In this document: piece after piece, positions 50,701 to 64,000 of the stretch
Numbering within the stretch: position 1 is the stretch's first letter
Layout: every line of letters begins with the position of its first letter
Origin: Trichosphaerium sp. ATCC 40318
Taxonomy: Eukaryota > Protista > Tubulinea
NCBI GenBank assembly: GCA_038496445.1
Contig: JALMLS010000373.1
Coordinates: forward strand, 1 to 64,000
DNA: 64,000 bases
Direction of reading: 5' to 3'
Made by a program: the position numbers and the translations under genes
The notes under the pieces: model-generated
Seen by the model: only the letters and a program-made list of their open reading frames with translations
Told to the model about the DNA's origin: nothing
The model's database searches: none

Positions 50701-52124
50701 TTATTCTTTAGGGACCAATTTTGGCGTTCTGAACTTTGCACGAATCCAAACACGATACATTTTAAGTTTTCTTTTTCTGTTAAGCAACAACCGCGTATCA
50801 AAGCGTAATTGCTCCTCTGTTGTAAATCCTGCACTTGTAAACAACTTCTTCGCGTCATCTTTAAAACTGTTAGAACAACAGAAAGTTATCACTTGTCAAA
50901 AAAGGAGTACCCAAGGCAAAGTAATATGTGAATGTTCCATCACCTCTGACATATGCGTTTTCTCCCATTTTTGAGTCTTTACGCTTTATAAACCTCATCT
51001 GTGTCAAATCATATAAACCATAGTCCTTTAATATAATCAAGCCGCCAGGCTTAAGCACCTGTCGAGCAAAAGTTAAGCAAGACAAGTCAAACTAGATTTT
51101 TTGTAAAACCTTGTTAAGTTTCTCCAAAACGGATTTCATCTTGTCTGGCGGAATGGCTGATAGCGCAAAGATGAGTGTTATTATATCTACAGAGTGAGGT
51201 TTTACAATATCTTCTGGTATTTCTTGTGTCACTATATCACAGACAAAGGCTTTGCAGCGCTTCGTGTCGTAGTTTTCATTTTTCTAGAACAAAAACTTAG
51301 TTGAATTGTTTTCATTTTGGTTTCATTAGGAAGATACATGAATCCCAATACGTACGTGTATGATATCAATAGCACTCTCTGAACAATCCATAGCGTAAAA
51401 AAACTTTTCAGGATTTGCTTCTACAAGAGGAAATAGTGAGTTTCCAACACCACAACCAACTTCCATAACAACTGGCTATTAATCTAGTCAACACACTGAT
51501 ACGTATTGAGACGTACTTTAGATGTAGAACTTATACTCCCTTCTGTTAGCTCAGGAAATTCAGCTCTAAAGTAAAATATCAGAGCGCTTTGTGAGAGGTG
51601 GGGTAGTGGTACGTTAAGTAATTTCTGTTCTTGAAAAAATTATTCTTGTTGTGCTCATAAAACCATTCCCAGTTTGCTGCTTGTTTATCGAGTAATACTT
51701 TCTTTGCGTCACCTTCTACTATGCGTTGTTCGGCGTCTATTGATGCCTTTTTTACGTCATAAAATGAGAAGAGAGGTAAGAAAAAATCACACCAACCTGA
51801 GCGTATTTTATGCGTGCTTCCTCCCAATCTACGTTAGCCCACGACTTTGTAGTGTCAACAGGGGCCTTTGCAGCTTCTTGAGGAGCTCTAAAGAACCGTA
51901 ACTATATCACTGGCAGTAGCTATAATACTACACACGTCTCGCTGTAGGCGGAATGAGCATCTATCCACTCTTTGCCCTCGTCTGCTTTTTTCCAAGCCTA
52001 TTTTTTTATTAACTTTTGTCACGTGCCAAGTGTGGTTACCTGAGCAGTTTTTGAATCTTGGTGTGGCGCTCTTGTATAGTTTTAGCATCACTACGAAGAA
52101 GTTGTAGTACCTGTTGTTGGCCAT
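50701..52124 (-). CDS. METTL2/METTL6/Trm140-family tRNA m3C methyltransferase
   Basis: WEWFYEHNKNNFFKNRNYL, EFPEL, MEVGCGVGNSLFPL, IFALSAI, LKPGG..DYGLYDLTQMRF, YVRGDGTFTYYF and NRKRKLKMYRVW. Confidence 0.93.
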
Positions 52125-52564
52125 AATGCTAGTTTGCCTTTCTGTTCGTATAACGAGCTGTCTAATCGATTTTGAGTATTGAGAATGCGTGCAAAAGCGA
52201 TGAATGCGTGATAATGCTGAATTTGTAACAATTTTGCGACAAAAGGTTATAGGTATAAAGTGTTGTTATCATTACGTTGTTTATGGGTAGTTTAAACAAG
52301 AAATGTTTTTGTTAAGTATGAAAAACAAGTATAGTAACAAATTACGCGTTTTTGCGCTCCAAGTAGAGGATGGAAAAGCAAATTGACGACTTTAAGAATA
52401 TTTCTTGTACTACTTATTATAAAAGGTTGTAACTCTTACCTGTGCAACGGGCGGTGGCGATCAAGTATGCTCAGACTATAATGGACTGTAGTTCTAAACA
52501 TTTTTCTCACATTTAGACATTTAACGACTATTGTAAACGGCCGTCGGCGCCAAGCGTAACCAAT

Positions 52565-55500
52565 ATGGCAGAGGTAAAACTAAAACGTTTAATTCATTTA
52601 CTTGGCGGTACGTTTGTAATAATGACACAACAGACGTTATTTATCTTTTCTAGATAATAAAACTGGTTTGGGGTTAAAAAAAGCTGCGATTAACGAGTTA
52701 GAACGTTATACGGCTAATACCCCAGAAAAAGCGCCTGCAGTGCTTAAGCAGGTATGATTATTCATGTGGGCTGTCATTCAGCTAACGTTTTAGCTTTGTG
52801 ATAAACTGTATTCTGAAAAATGGGATGAAAGAGTATTATGCGCAGAAGCAACCGCTAAAGTAGCAAAAGCGCTTCCAGAATTTACCCAAACGCCACCACT
52901 ACCGAACAAAGCGCTTACACTAGCTAATGTAGATATTGACAACATAATAAGCTCTGGAGTAGTACTTCTGGGATCAGCGGGTGAAGTACGTGTCAGTTGT
53001 AAATGTCATTGATTAAAAGGTCATGACACTTTTATAAGGAGTTCCAAAGAGGCGGCCATGAATCATTCCAAATGGAGAGAAAACGCATTCTACAACTCCT
53101 TGGTATAGGTGGCGAGTATGCCCCAGCTGATATGATCCAAGATTCGGATGTAGCAGCAGCACCACAGGCCTTGTACGCTTGTTTCAATTAAAGTGAAATT
53201 TCTTACTATTTTCATGTTTACAGCCAGATGGATGACATTTCGATAAAAATAGCGGATTTACAAAAGCAACTATTGAGTGATGATGTGAGCGCACGGAAGA
53301 AGAACCAAGCCAAGCGTCAGCTCAAGAAACTGGAGAAGAAACAAAAAAACTCGTACGAAAAAACATCCTGTCAACTTTTTTTTTCTAAAGTTATATTTAA
53401 CTTAGTCCAACTATTACAATGACTCCTTCTCCCTCCACATCTACAAAAACTACCTCAATAGATATGCTGTACCATTGTTTATACTCTTTCCTTCTTGAGT
53501 ACGCTTATAGCTCTTGAAGCATCTACTGACGAAGCAAACTTTAGTTGTAGCTGGCAAGCTAGGCATGGTGGTGTTACAGCTATTTTACATGTTGTGAACA
53601 CTTTTATTAAGTCTGCTGGAACCTCACATACATCTGAAATGGAGACTTTCTTTGAAGATCTTGCTTGTAGAGTTATAGTAATCCTTGGTATTGATCAGTT
53701 CGTAGATTACGTCTCAGGTAAGCAATGGTTTCTTGGTTATTTTTTTAACTTATTGTCATTTATAAAGATCGTGTTGTTGCTCCAGTTCGTGAAGTAGCTT
53801 GTCAAGTACTTGGCGTTATTGTTGGCCATTTAAGCAAAGAGAAATGTGGTTTGTTAATATGTACCTTAAACCAAATGATGAACAAATGTTATGATTGGAA
53901 CACACGTTATTCTGCTATTGTATCTGTAACTACTATTCTTGCAAGGTTTGTGACACAAGAATCTGTAGATACATCATCATGGTGTGTTGACATACACAGT
54001 ATCGTTACAACAGGAGTTAATGATCCTTCCGAGGACGTCAGAAGAGCAGCATTTGATTGTTTGTCTGTTTATAGAAAATACATGAAGAAATCAGAATCAA
54101 ACGAGAAACTTGACGTTTATGCTCCATACAAGACTATTATGAATCAATTATCACAAAACCTAAGCGATGAATTGGATATTTCATCGATATCAAGGATAAA
54201 CGCTATTCTTGACTTGGTTTGGAATGAAGAATCAATTCATTGCCAGATACACCTTAATATGGACTTTGAAAAGGTCTTGGATACGTTAAAGCATATATTT
54301 AATTCTAGTACACGTCAGGACTTACGTACAAAGGCTTTACGGTACCCACGTTTTGAGTTTTGTTCTAAATTTAACATTTGCTGACTTTTTTTGTTTAGTG
54401 CTGCGATTGAGGTGATCCTCGCACATGCGCAATGTGAGAAAGAGTTGACACAGAGTAAAGCTATTCAATCTATACTGACAGAATGTTTACCAGAGGCAAT
54501 CTTCTTTGACGATGAACATTCTGAAAGCATCAATACAATAATAGCAACGCTTCTTCCTAAGCTTGTATCTTCGCTTACCGTATCTGTTGGCAAGGCTTTT
54601 CAAAACATTCAAAATCATGTCTCAGGATTAGAGTATAATTGGTGGAAGAATGAAAAGAGTAGTAGACAAGTGGTACGTACTGGAATAAACAAGAAAAAAA
54701 CAAGAAAAGTTTATTGTGGAGTTTTCTTCGTTCTTTCATCTTGGTTGTTCTTCCAGTGTATTTTTCTTATTTCAATGACATGTAAACGTTTTAACGTAGT
54801 CTTTTTTTAGGTACAGAGTGCCTCAGTATTGAGTTTTCTAATGTATGCTTCAAACTTCCATCAAGGTAATCCAATAATGTATGCATTGGTACATCAAAAG
54901 AAATCTGTAATGCTTCATGTGGTAGTTCTAACTATTGGTCTTCTTTCGCGTGACATATCATCACCTGGACATATTTTACAGAGACATGAAACTATAAAGG
55001 TAATCGTTGATGTACTAGTGAATACAAAGAAAGAAGAAAATGACTCTATTCTTGGGCTGTTGTGTTCAACTACTTTAAAGACTATTAACGCAACAAATTG
55101 TGATGATATTAAAGACATATGTTGTGTATACGAGAGGGTATCCGGTATACATATAAGAGAGTATATAGCAAGATGCATTTCTCTTATTATTAGCAAGAAT
55201 GAATCAGTTGATTTTTCATCTCAACTTCTTCATCATCGGTTTTTTTTAGCTGAAAATGAAGTAAACAGAAAAAAGCGAAAACGGACAGAGGATTCTTCTA
55301 CCATTGATGCAGAGGCGTTAGTAGTTACTAAATCAAAACGTGGACGTAAGAAGAAGAATCTGGAGACATCTGGCGGTGATTTCATTGATGTTGATCCATC
55401 TATCAATGGCATTGCTTTCGGTGGAAATGACGTTCTTGTTAAAGCGTTTAATGAATTACCTCAAGTCAGTAAACCCTCCGCACATTTATTGGCTAGAGTA

Positions 55501-58500
55501 CTTTGTTCTGATCTCTCTGGGAGTTTATTTTCTCGTTTACAAGGACTAAGAAAATCTATAGACGATGAGCTCTCAGGTACGGAGTGTCGGAGGATACTTA
55601 GTTTTAACTAAAATTTGGTAGAAAACGATGTAGGCACTAAACAGAGTGACTGCATTAGAATGGTTGATTGTTTGTCTTCGTACCTTCCTACTGAACTAAT
55701 TGATGTGGTACGAATGAGATAGTCGTTTTTAGTAGCGATGTAACTAATTGGTTTTACAGCTAGCCGGGTGGTTTGAAAAATTGTTGACAATTTTTGAAAG
55801 AACGCAAAGTGTTGATAATGCTTCTATTCTTATAACAGCTCTATGCTCTTCAATTAGAGTACTTGATAAAAGATACACTCATGAGTTTGTGATAAAGATT
55901 GTTAATCAGCTAAACGACCCTGATGATGACAAGCGATATCTCGCCTTAGTTGCCTCAAACGGTACGTTTTGTTTTATCACGTTTTTTTTCTTACTTCTTT
56001 CCTAAACGCTCTATAGCTATTGTTAGTAATCCTGAACTACTCGTCTATCATGTTGCGTTTTGCAGACCTGTTATTAAGTGTATGACTTCAACGGCCGAAC
56101 GAATACGTAATCTGGGTGGCACCACTGCTTCAAGTATCTTCCAGTCTCTTGTAATTCAAGTACGCTTCCAAATTGTTTTCATACTCAGCTCTAACATCTT
56201 CATTCTTCTTAGAATGATCTTAACAATGCCAGCGCTTCTTCAATACCTGGAGAGCTTCTTGACATTATTGAAGGAGAAAGACAGTTTGCTAATATGCTAT
56301 TAAACGGCGATAAAGCAGTGACACCAATTGACCTTAGCTCTATTAAGATAAAGCACAACCTTCGACCTTATCAACTTCAAGGAATTTACTGGTTAGGTTT
56401 CTTGCACAGTGCCGGATTAAATGGTATACTAGCAGATGATATGGGTTTAGGAAAGACTATACAATCTCTTGCTATAATGGCGTACAGTCACATGAACTCA
56501 CAAGCAAACAAACTATCATTAATTGTCGCACCAACAACTTTACTTCTTCATTGGCGTGATGAGATTCAAGAGTTTGTAAAGCACCCTGAAATGCTTCCTT
56601 TTGTCTACAGTGGTACTGTATCTCAGCGTAAGAATATATTAAAAGAAGCTATGGATTGTGAAGGACAACCAGGGATCATTATTACCTCGTATTCGATTTT
56701 GAGGAACGATATAGATTTATTAAAGGATGTACCTTTTAACTACTTTATACTCGATGAAGGACATGTTATAAAAAATCCAAAAACACAGATATCAATGGCA
56801 GTAAAACGTATAAATGCTAGACATAGGCTTGTACTCACCGGTACACCTGTCCAGAATAAGACAAGCGAACTTTGGTCAATCTTTGATTTTCTATTGCCCG
56901 GATTACTTGGGAACCAATCCCACTTTAACAAGGTGTATACAACGCCTATTGGTAAGATGAAGTCATCTACTGTATCAAGCAAAGACCTTTCACATGGTGA
57001 GGAGCTTCTTAGACGTCTTCATGGAGTTGTATTACCATTTATTTTACGAAGAGAAAAAGATCAAGTTCTTAAAGATTTACCTCCTAAGATTATTCAAGAT
57101 ATTTACACTGAACCGTCTCCTTTACAGGTATGTTACTTTTGTTCTAAACCAGTCTACTTCAATATTATAGCCATCCAACTAAGTATTTCGTTTTAGGAGT
57201 ACCTTATGAGGAAGTTTAGTACAGGCGCTCAGAAGATAAAGGAAGAAATGCTTCAATCTTCATCTGTCACAGGAAAAACACATGTTTTTGAAGCGATGAG
57301 ATATTTACTCAAACTGTCAACGCACCCTGGACTCGTCTTAACACCTGATCATCCACAGTTCATGTTAACACTCAAAGAAACAAATATAACACCAGCAAAC
57401 CTATTTTCGGACCTAATACATGCACCTAAACTCATGGTGTTAAAGCAACTTCTGAAAGATGCTAGAATATCTGAAGTTGAAGAAGATGAAGAAACTATCT
57501 CAACTCAACAACCTCACAAGGCTTTAATATTTATGCAACTTAGTATGACTGCTGATATTGTTGAGCAGTTATTCTTTAAGTTACATCTACCAAATGTATC
57601 ATATAGAAGGATTGATGGTAGTGTTCCTATGGATAAGAGACATGAAATTGTTAAATCTTTTAATAATGATGAAAGTATTCGTGTTCTTCTATTAACAACT
57701 AAAGTTGGATCACTTGGGCTTAATCTAACAGCTGCTGATACTGTTATTTTCTTGGGTACGCTTTACTTCTGGTTTTATTTCTTTTCTACAAGCTCCACAT
57801 TTTCCACAAATAGGGTGTCACTACAACCAAGTTGTTAACTTTCACTACCAAAGTAGCAAAAAAAAAACCCAAACAATTCTTGCGCCACCTGTTTGTGAAC
57901 AGTTACATCCAGCAAAGATAATCCTTTGACCTCTTTTTTGTTTCTAACATCTTTTGGAAAACTATTTATTCGTCCTTACTGACTTGTTGGGGTTTTTAGA
58001 ACATGATTGGAATCCAATGAACGATTTACAAGCGATGGATAGAGCACATAGACTTGGCCAAAAACGACAAGTTTTTGTTTACAGAATAATCACAAACAGA
58101 TCAATAGAACACAATCTAATGAGGTAATAATGCCGTTTCAACAATAGTAATGTTAAACAACTGGATTGTCACAACTCCAGCCAGCTGAAGCTGTGTCACA
58201 AGTCGAAACTTGCTAATGACTGAGCAACTTCAAACCCGAACTATTTCTTTATCAATTCAAAGTCAACTTAACATTATTAACACTGAACTTTCTTCAACGA
58301 ATTTACACAAACATTTATTGAGCTCTTTTGCAATCATACGCAATCAATAATAGTCACTTGATGCTTATCTTTATTACTAGGCTTCAGAAATTCAAGAAAA
58401 AAGTTGCAAATGCTGTTGTTAATGCTGATAACAAATCAGTTGATTCTATTGATACAAGCGCTCTTTTAGAACTTCTTGACGCATCAACAACAGTTTCTAC

Positions 58501-58639
58501 TATATCTCCTAGTACTAAAAAAGACAGTAAATCTAAGGATGGACTAAGCGGTATGCTTAAAGAACTAGATCACTTGTGGGACGATAAGTCTGATCAAGTA
58601 CAACTTGATACATTTATGAAGTTACTTCAAGAAGATTGA
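52565..58639 (+). CDS. BTAF1: Mot1/BTAF1 TBP-associated SNF2-family ATPase
   Basis: N-terminal Mot1 motifs ([38 protein letters not shown]) and SNF2 core [83 protein letters not shown]. Confidence 0.94.
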
Positions 58640-59076
58640 AATACGGCACTGCCGATTTAATGAGAATGTAGCATACGTGAAATAAACATTTACAAAAAAA
58701 CTAAGAAAAAACAAAGAAACCAATGCCTCTAACCTGTACAGGGAGAAAAATATCCAAACGTCAAATATTTCTGTTTATGACTGACACGGGGAAGCCTGTG
58801 TCTATCCGTAAACGCATCACAACGTACTAATATGAAGTTCCAACATTGAGACACGTGACTTGTAATAGTATGTTGGTCAATACCTCCGTGACTCGTACTA
58901 AGGTGGTTGTATCATGGTATAGCCTTTTCTTATTCATTACAGACTCACACCTCACAATGTTCCGTATTGACCTGTGTCAAACCAACATTAGTGAGTTTAC
59001 AAATCTACAATTGTTTGACTTACGCCCAAAAGATGTTACAACGTGCGTGTACCTAAAGAAAATGAGATTATAACTG

Positions 59077-60736
59077 ATGAACGCTTATTTAGGGTCTATA
59101 GCACTTGGCAGACATCCGAGGACGTACAAACGCCTTACAATACCTAAAGTGGTAATGCGACAATCACATTACAAGCCTACAGTCAGAGAGACTACAAAAC
59201 TGCCGTTTTACGGTTCATCACATTGCCACCACGTGCATAATCACAGAGCGATGCTGTTGTACTCTCCTTTGCGATTTTACTCAACTGATAGCCACACGAG
59301 CGGCGGTGATTTTGCACCAGACATAGAAGAGGTAACATTATCTTTAGTTCGTTAATTTTTGGACAGTCACGTGCCTTTTTTTTTTGAAACTAAACGGTTT
59401 TTTTGTAAAGGCGCTTTACGAAAACAGCAAAACCGTTAAAATGCGACGTTACCTGAGCGGAAAGAAGAAAGGATTATTTGAAGAGTTTTATGAAGATGGC
59501 CAGTTATTCAAGCAATGCTACTATGACGATCATCAAAGAATACAAGGAGAATACAAGATGTGGCATAAAAATGGTATTCTTTCTGAAAAAGCCTATAATA
59601 AGGACGGGAAGAAACAAGGTGTGGTTGAAAGTTGGTATGAAAGTGGGAAGATACAAAAGAAAATCTGTTTCAAAGATAGTAAGAAAGAAGGTGAATTCAA
59701 GGAATGGTATGAGAATGGTACCATGAGTAACTTTGGTTATCACAAGAACGATATGCCAGACGGTCATAGGAAAGAGTGGTACGAGAATGGTCAGTCTCGT
59801 GTACAAGGTTTTTTTAAAGATGGAAAAAGACAAGGCGAATACCTAGAGTGGTTTGAAAATGGACAACTACGTAAACAGTTCTATTTCAAAGATGACAAGA
59901 AAGACGGTGAATACAAGGAGTGGTATGATAATGGACAATTGAATATTCTTGGCTTTTATAAACAAGATAAGCCTGACGGTGAAATTAAAACATTGTATAG
60001 AAATGGTAAATTAAATATCCAAATATTCTGCAAAAATGGCATAAGAGAAGAACGTAAAGAGTGGTACGAAAATGGTCAACTAGAACAACAAAGTTATTAT
60101 AAAAATGGAGAGAAACACGGCGAAGAAAAAGCATGGTATGTTAATGGACAAGAAAAGATCCAAATGGTCTACAATGAAGGACAAAAAGAACAGGCTAAAA
60201 TGTGGTATGAGAACGGAAATTTAATGAATCACCACAAGTACAAGAATGATATGCTTGAAGGTGAAGCGAAGTTCTTTTATGAGAATGGTCAGTTGACGGG
60301 ACAATGTTATTTCAAACAAGGTAAAAAAGAAGGTGAGATGAAACAGTGGCATGTAAATGGATGTTTAAAAATACATTGTCATTTCAAAAATGGCTTAAAA
60401 GAAGGTGAATACAAAGAATGGTATGACAATGGTCAATTATGGTTACAATGTAATTACAAGAATGATAAGAGAGAAGGTGAAGTAAAGGAGTGGTATGAAA
60501 GTGGTGAATTACATTGCAAAGCATTCTATAAGGATGATAAACGAGAACGAAAACACATCAAATGGCATAAAAATGGACAAGTGAAATTCCTTGTTTCGTT
60601 CAAAGATGGCAAGAAGGAAGGTGAAGGAAAAGAGTGGTATGAAAATGGTCAATTAAGCTTACAAGTCTATTTCAAAGATGGTAAGATAGAAGGTGATTCA
60701 AAAAAGTGGTCTGAAAACGGTCAGTTAGAAGAGTAA
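59077..60736 (+). CDS. MORN-variant (YwqK-antitoxin-like) repeat protein with N-terminal mitochondrial-type presequence
   Basis: Exon 1 is basic with almost no acidic residues up to LRFYST. Intron 59332-59410 is followed by ~18 24-aa repeats GEYKEWYENGQL..xxYKxGKKE. Confidence 0.88.
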
Positions 60737-61147
60737 GTGCATTACACATACAGCAAAAAATAAGATGTAGAAGAGGAAAAAAACCACAAAATATGTTTAA
60801 ACGAAATTGACCTTGTATGAACTCATGTATAATAAAGTAGATTTCTCCTTACCTTTCTACCAGTACAATTAGTACTGTAGTCATAGATGTACTGCACAAT
60901 ATACGATATCCACCACTAACAACGGAGGGAATACATTCTCGTACAGCAGTTCAACAATTGCTACTGACTTTGCAAGTGTTTACTGGAATTTGTGGTACAG
61001 CCATACGCGAAAGGCTCTGTGATAAAGTGACACAATGTACTTTACGTTAATTTGATACATATTAATAAGCACATAATAAAGACAACTGCTAAAGAGCATT
61101 CACAAAATAGGTTTACTGTTGCAATAGAAAATGACTAGAATTTCTGT

Positions 61148-62055
61148 CTAAAACTCTGGCACAAGCATTTGCTTCCTTATGACTTCTCGTTTATCTACAC
61201 CGTATAAAGTTTCCACAAGGGTAAGAGCAAATTGCAGGGAAGTCCCAGGACCTAAACAAGATTAATAAACAACTCTCAGCGTTTGAAGGAGACCAGTTCT
61301 TGTTGGGTTTTTTTATCATTTTTCAAAAAAAAAAGTGTCATTGCAATGAGCAGTACCCTGAGAAGTTATAATCTTGCCATCATCAGAAGTAACAACTTGT
61401 TAATCATTAGTTAATAAATTACAAATTGAAAACGAATTTAAGAAGTACCATTGACATCTTGACGTAAAGGAATCTTTTCAATAAGCCTACAGTCAAAAAA
61501 AAGTTAACTGCGTGTTAACTCGTAAATTCATACTTAGGGGCTGGATAACACGTGGCTTTTTGACCTTTGAGTAACCCTATTTCAGCAAGAGCTACTGCTG
61601 GAGCAGCACAGATAGCACCAACCTTAAGAGACACAAGTCAGTTTGAAGTTAAAGTGATCTGTTAACGAACTTTGGCGTCAGGTCTAGTAACTTGCTCTTT
61701 TAGCATGGCAGTGAGCGTACTATCTTTTCCAAGCGTTTCAGCGCCTAGAAATTATGAGTGACACGTTAGTTCGCTTGTAACTCAACCTGGCATTCCTCCT
61801 GGTAGCACGATAAGGTCGAATAGAGTGTCTTTGCAGTCTTGTAGTAGAGAATCTGCCATTATGTTCGTTTTTCGAGACATAACGACCAATTTTGTTTTTT
61901 CAACTGACGCAACAGTCACATCGGCGCCAGCACGCCTCAACGTATCGATAATACAAATTGCCTCGATTTCTTCTGAACCATTGGCTATTGGTACCTAATA
62001 AGGTTGAGAAGATGCTTTTGCGAATGGATAGATTGCGTACTAGCACTTTAGACAT
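61148..62055 (-). CDS. PARK7: DJ-1/ThiJ/YajL family protein
   Basis: ANGSEEIEA..DTLRRAG, FDLIVLPGGMPGA, catalytic GAICAAP, ATCYP and ITSQGPGT. Confidence 0.93.
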
Positions 62056-62293
62056 GTTACAGCGACTTTTTTGGATCTGGCAGTTGAAGCCAACAACTTT
62101 TTTTGGTCCTCTGATTTCTTGCGCCTATAATTCACGCCTTCGGAGTTATTGGCGATTTACTTATCCTCATTGAGTCTACTGAAGTATTATTAAACTGTGC
62201 ACTACCGTTAGGGCCATATTTGACATTTATAAAATAGCTTTAGCCTATACAAACGAAAAAAAGAAACTGTAAAGGTATTCGAACGCTATTATC

Positions 62294-63838
62294 ATGTACG
62301 CAGGTACTAATTAGAGCATTTTTATACTCCTGTATTGACCTATGTTAAAAAAGGAACAATAGCTCTGGACAATCTACCAGCTGACATGCTGGGAGAAATT
62401 CTAGTGCATCTAACGTATCCACGGATCGCCCCGTTGGTCAGGTTAGTAGTGATTCAATACTAAACTAATGAAATTCTAACACATTGTAGTACAAGGGCAG
62501 TATGTAAGCAATTCAAAGGCCTCGTAGACGCTAACTTTAAAATTATACGAGTACGCCTTCAATTATCATCTACTGGCACTTGTAATACTAAATACGTTAA
62601 ATAGGAGTGTTTATACGTATTTCCAGCAACTTACCTTCGTATGACACCTGCACCGACAGTAAATATAAAATCAATGGCGACACTATCAGACGGCAGGGTA
62701 AATTGATAAACAGCTAATTTTATTAACAATTAATTATCGAACGTATTTTTTTTTGTACTTTTCGTCTACTGCCCCTCTTAAATCATCACAAACCTTTACT
62801 CTACACGCAAAGTTCACAAGAAGACAAGTGTAGCCGTTTTACCCTTCTCGGTTTTTTGTTTTTTGCCTTTTTTGATGCAGGCACGATTGTGGCTTGTATT
62901 AATACGCTTATGACATGGACACAATCGCGGCAATACCATTGAGACCTTTAAAACACCAAGATAAAGCCCTGTATCTCCACAAAAAAAAAATCGCTTCAAA
63001 ACAGTTCCTTCTTTAATTGTTTTTTGTACGTCGCTTACTGGCTTTCTAGATCGTGTGTACAGACGGTAAGAACCTTTGTACTCTGAATTCTGCAGGCGAT
63101 AACGAAACAGTTTTTAAACGCATCGCGCATTTGTCTCCTACGGATACTTCGTACATACAAAGCTTGGTAATAGATAACAACGATAATGTCTATATACTAC
63201 AAAGCAAGCAAATCAAAAAAGTCAACTTGGTGTCTAAAACGGTCGAAGTTCTTAGCAAGGATTTGGAATTTTTCATGTTTAGTAGTTTCGCTTTAGATCA
63301 TCGCGGAAACTTCATATTATGTGAGGGTAAGCATATACAGACGTTATCAAAGGCAGGAGACTTGAAGAGTATAGGTCATGCTAGTACTACATGGCGTAAA
63401 GTTCTTGATGGACCTATTGAAGAAGCTACTTTTTGGCGTCCTGTTTTCGTTGCTGTTCATCCAAAAAATACTGATATTTATATTATCGATTCTCTTTCTT
63501 ACTTGGAGATTAACTCTTCTGATGTTTGTGATTATATACGTGTTGTATCTAATGGATATGTTAGAACTATTTATAAGCATAATGAGATTATACATGGTAT
63601 TGCATTTGGTGATAAAGGAGACTTTTACTTTGGTACACAAACTGGTATTTACAAAGTATACTTGGGAGGTAAAACGAAGGGTACTCATATTGTTAAGCTT
63701 AGAACAAGGCCTAAGATGCGTGGTGTACATACAATGTGTCATAGAGGTGGTAGTCTTGTTATTGCAAAGCAAATTTTTACTACTGATCTTGAGAAGAGAG
63801 AAGGTTTGTATAGTCTTCGTCTGACACAAGAGGTTTGA
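62294..63838 (+). CDS. F-box protein with NHL/beta-propeller-like C-terminus
   Basis: LDNLPADMLGEILVHL..VRAVCKQF followed by blades such as SLVIDNNDNVYI, FALDHRGNFI, DGPIEEATFWRPVFVAV and GIAFGDKGDFY. Confidence 0.8.
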
Positions 63839-64000
63839 TATTTTTTTTTCGATTTCGATTTTCAAAAAACACATGATCTCTCACTGCACACCACAAACTC
63901 CTTACCTCTGTTTTTTTGTAACTGTAAATTAAACATAAAAATTCACTCCTTATCCACTACTATGGTGACTCATTTTCTTTTGTGGTAACTGGCCTTGTTT

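Noticed and set aside
10565-63838. Alternative genetic code or U12 introns to explain the fragmented ORFs
   Set aside because: In-frame stops are removed by ordinary short introns. TAA (RPS2), TAG (DJ-1) and TGA (RAD9) all act as terminators. No RTATCCTT donors were seen.
63347-63874. 175-aa minus-strand ORF and 148-aa alternate-frame ORF
   Set aside because: These are shadow frames of the F-box/propeller last exon.
1-64000. tRNA, 5S rRNA or snoRNA genes, including in the longer introns of ubiquilin, BTAF1 and the last F-box gene
   Set aside because: No cloverleaf, 5S or convincing C/D box pair with an rRNA guide was found by eye. tRNAscan-SE, cmscan or snoscan would be needed to exclude them.

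Overview
Eukaryotic nuclear DNA from an AT-rich, gene-dense protist with many short (mostly 40-100 nt) spliceosomal introns and the standard genetic code. An amoebozoan origin is my inference from gene content. Bases ~390-7482 hold one complete, highly divergent rDNA unit on the minus strand: a ~2.65 kb SSU, a barely recognisable 5.8S and a ~3.8 kb LSU. Upstream lies a hairpin-rich spacer (7.5-10 kb), and protein-coding genes start directly after it. Those genes are a STE20/PAK-like kinase, a Clu-TPR-pseudokinase, a small Zn-finger protein, dienelactone hydrolase, ubiquilin/Dsk2, a Cys-rich membrane protein, a small hypothetical protein, RPS2, an ARM-SAM protein, two F-box proteins, RAD9, an ARM-SPRY protein, a METTL2/6-type methyltransferase, Mot1/BTAF1, a MORN-variant repeat protein with a mitochondrial-type presequence, and DJ-1. 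There is also a non-autonomous hAT element with an 8-bp TSD and a frameshifted CBM6 pseudogene. The most striking observation is that nearly all stems in the AT-rich, non-core parts of the pre-rRNA (ETS, ITS, expansion segments) carry A-C oppositions on the transcribed strand where G-U wobbles would be expected. This raises the possibility of systematic pre-rRNA editing, or alternatively an antisense RNA or a strand-specific mutation process. All gene models were spliced by eye, so boundaries are approximate.
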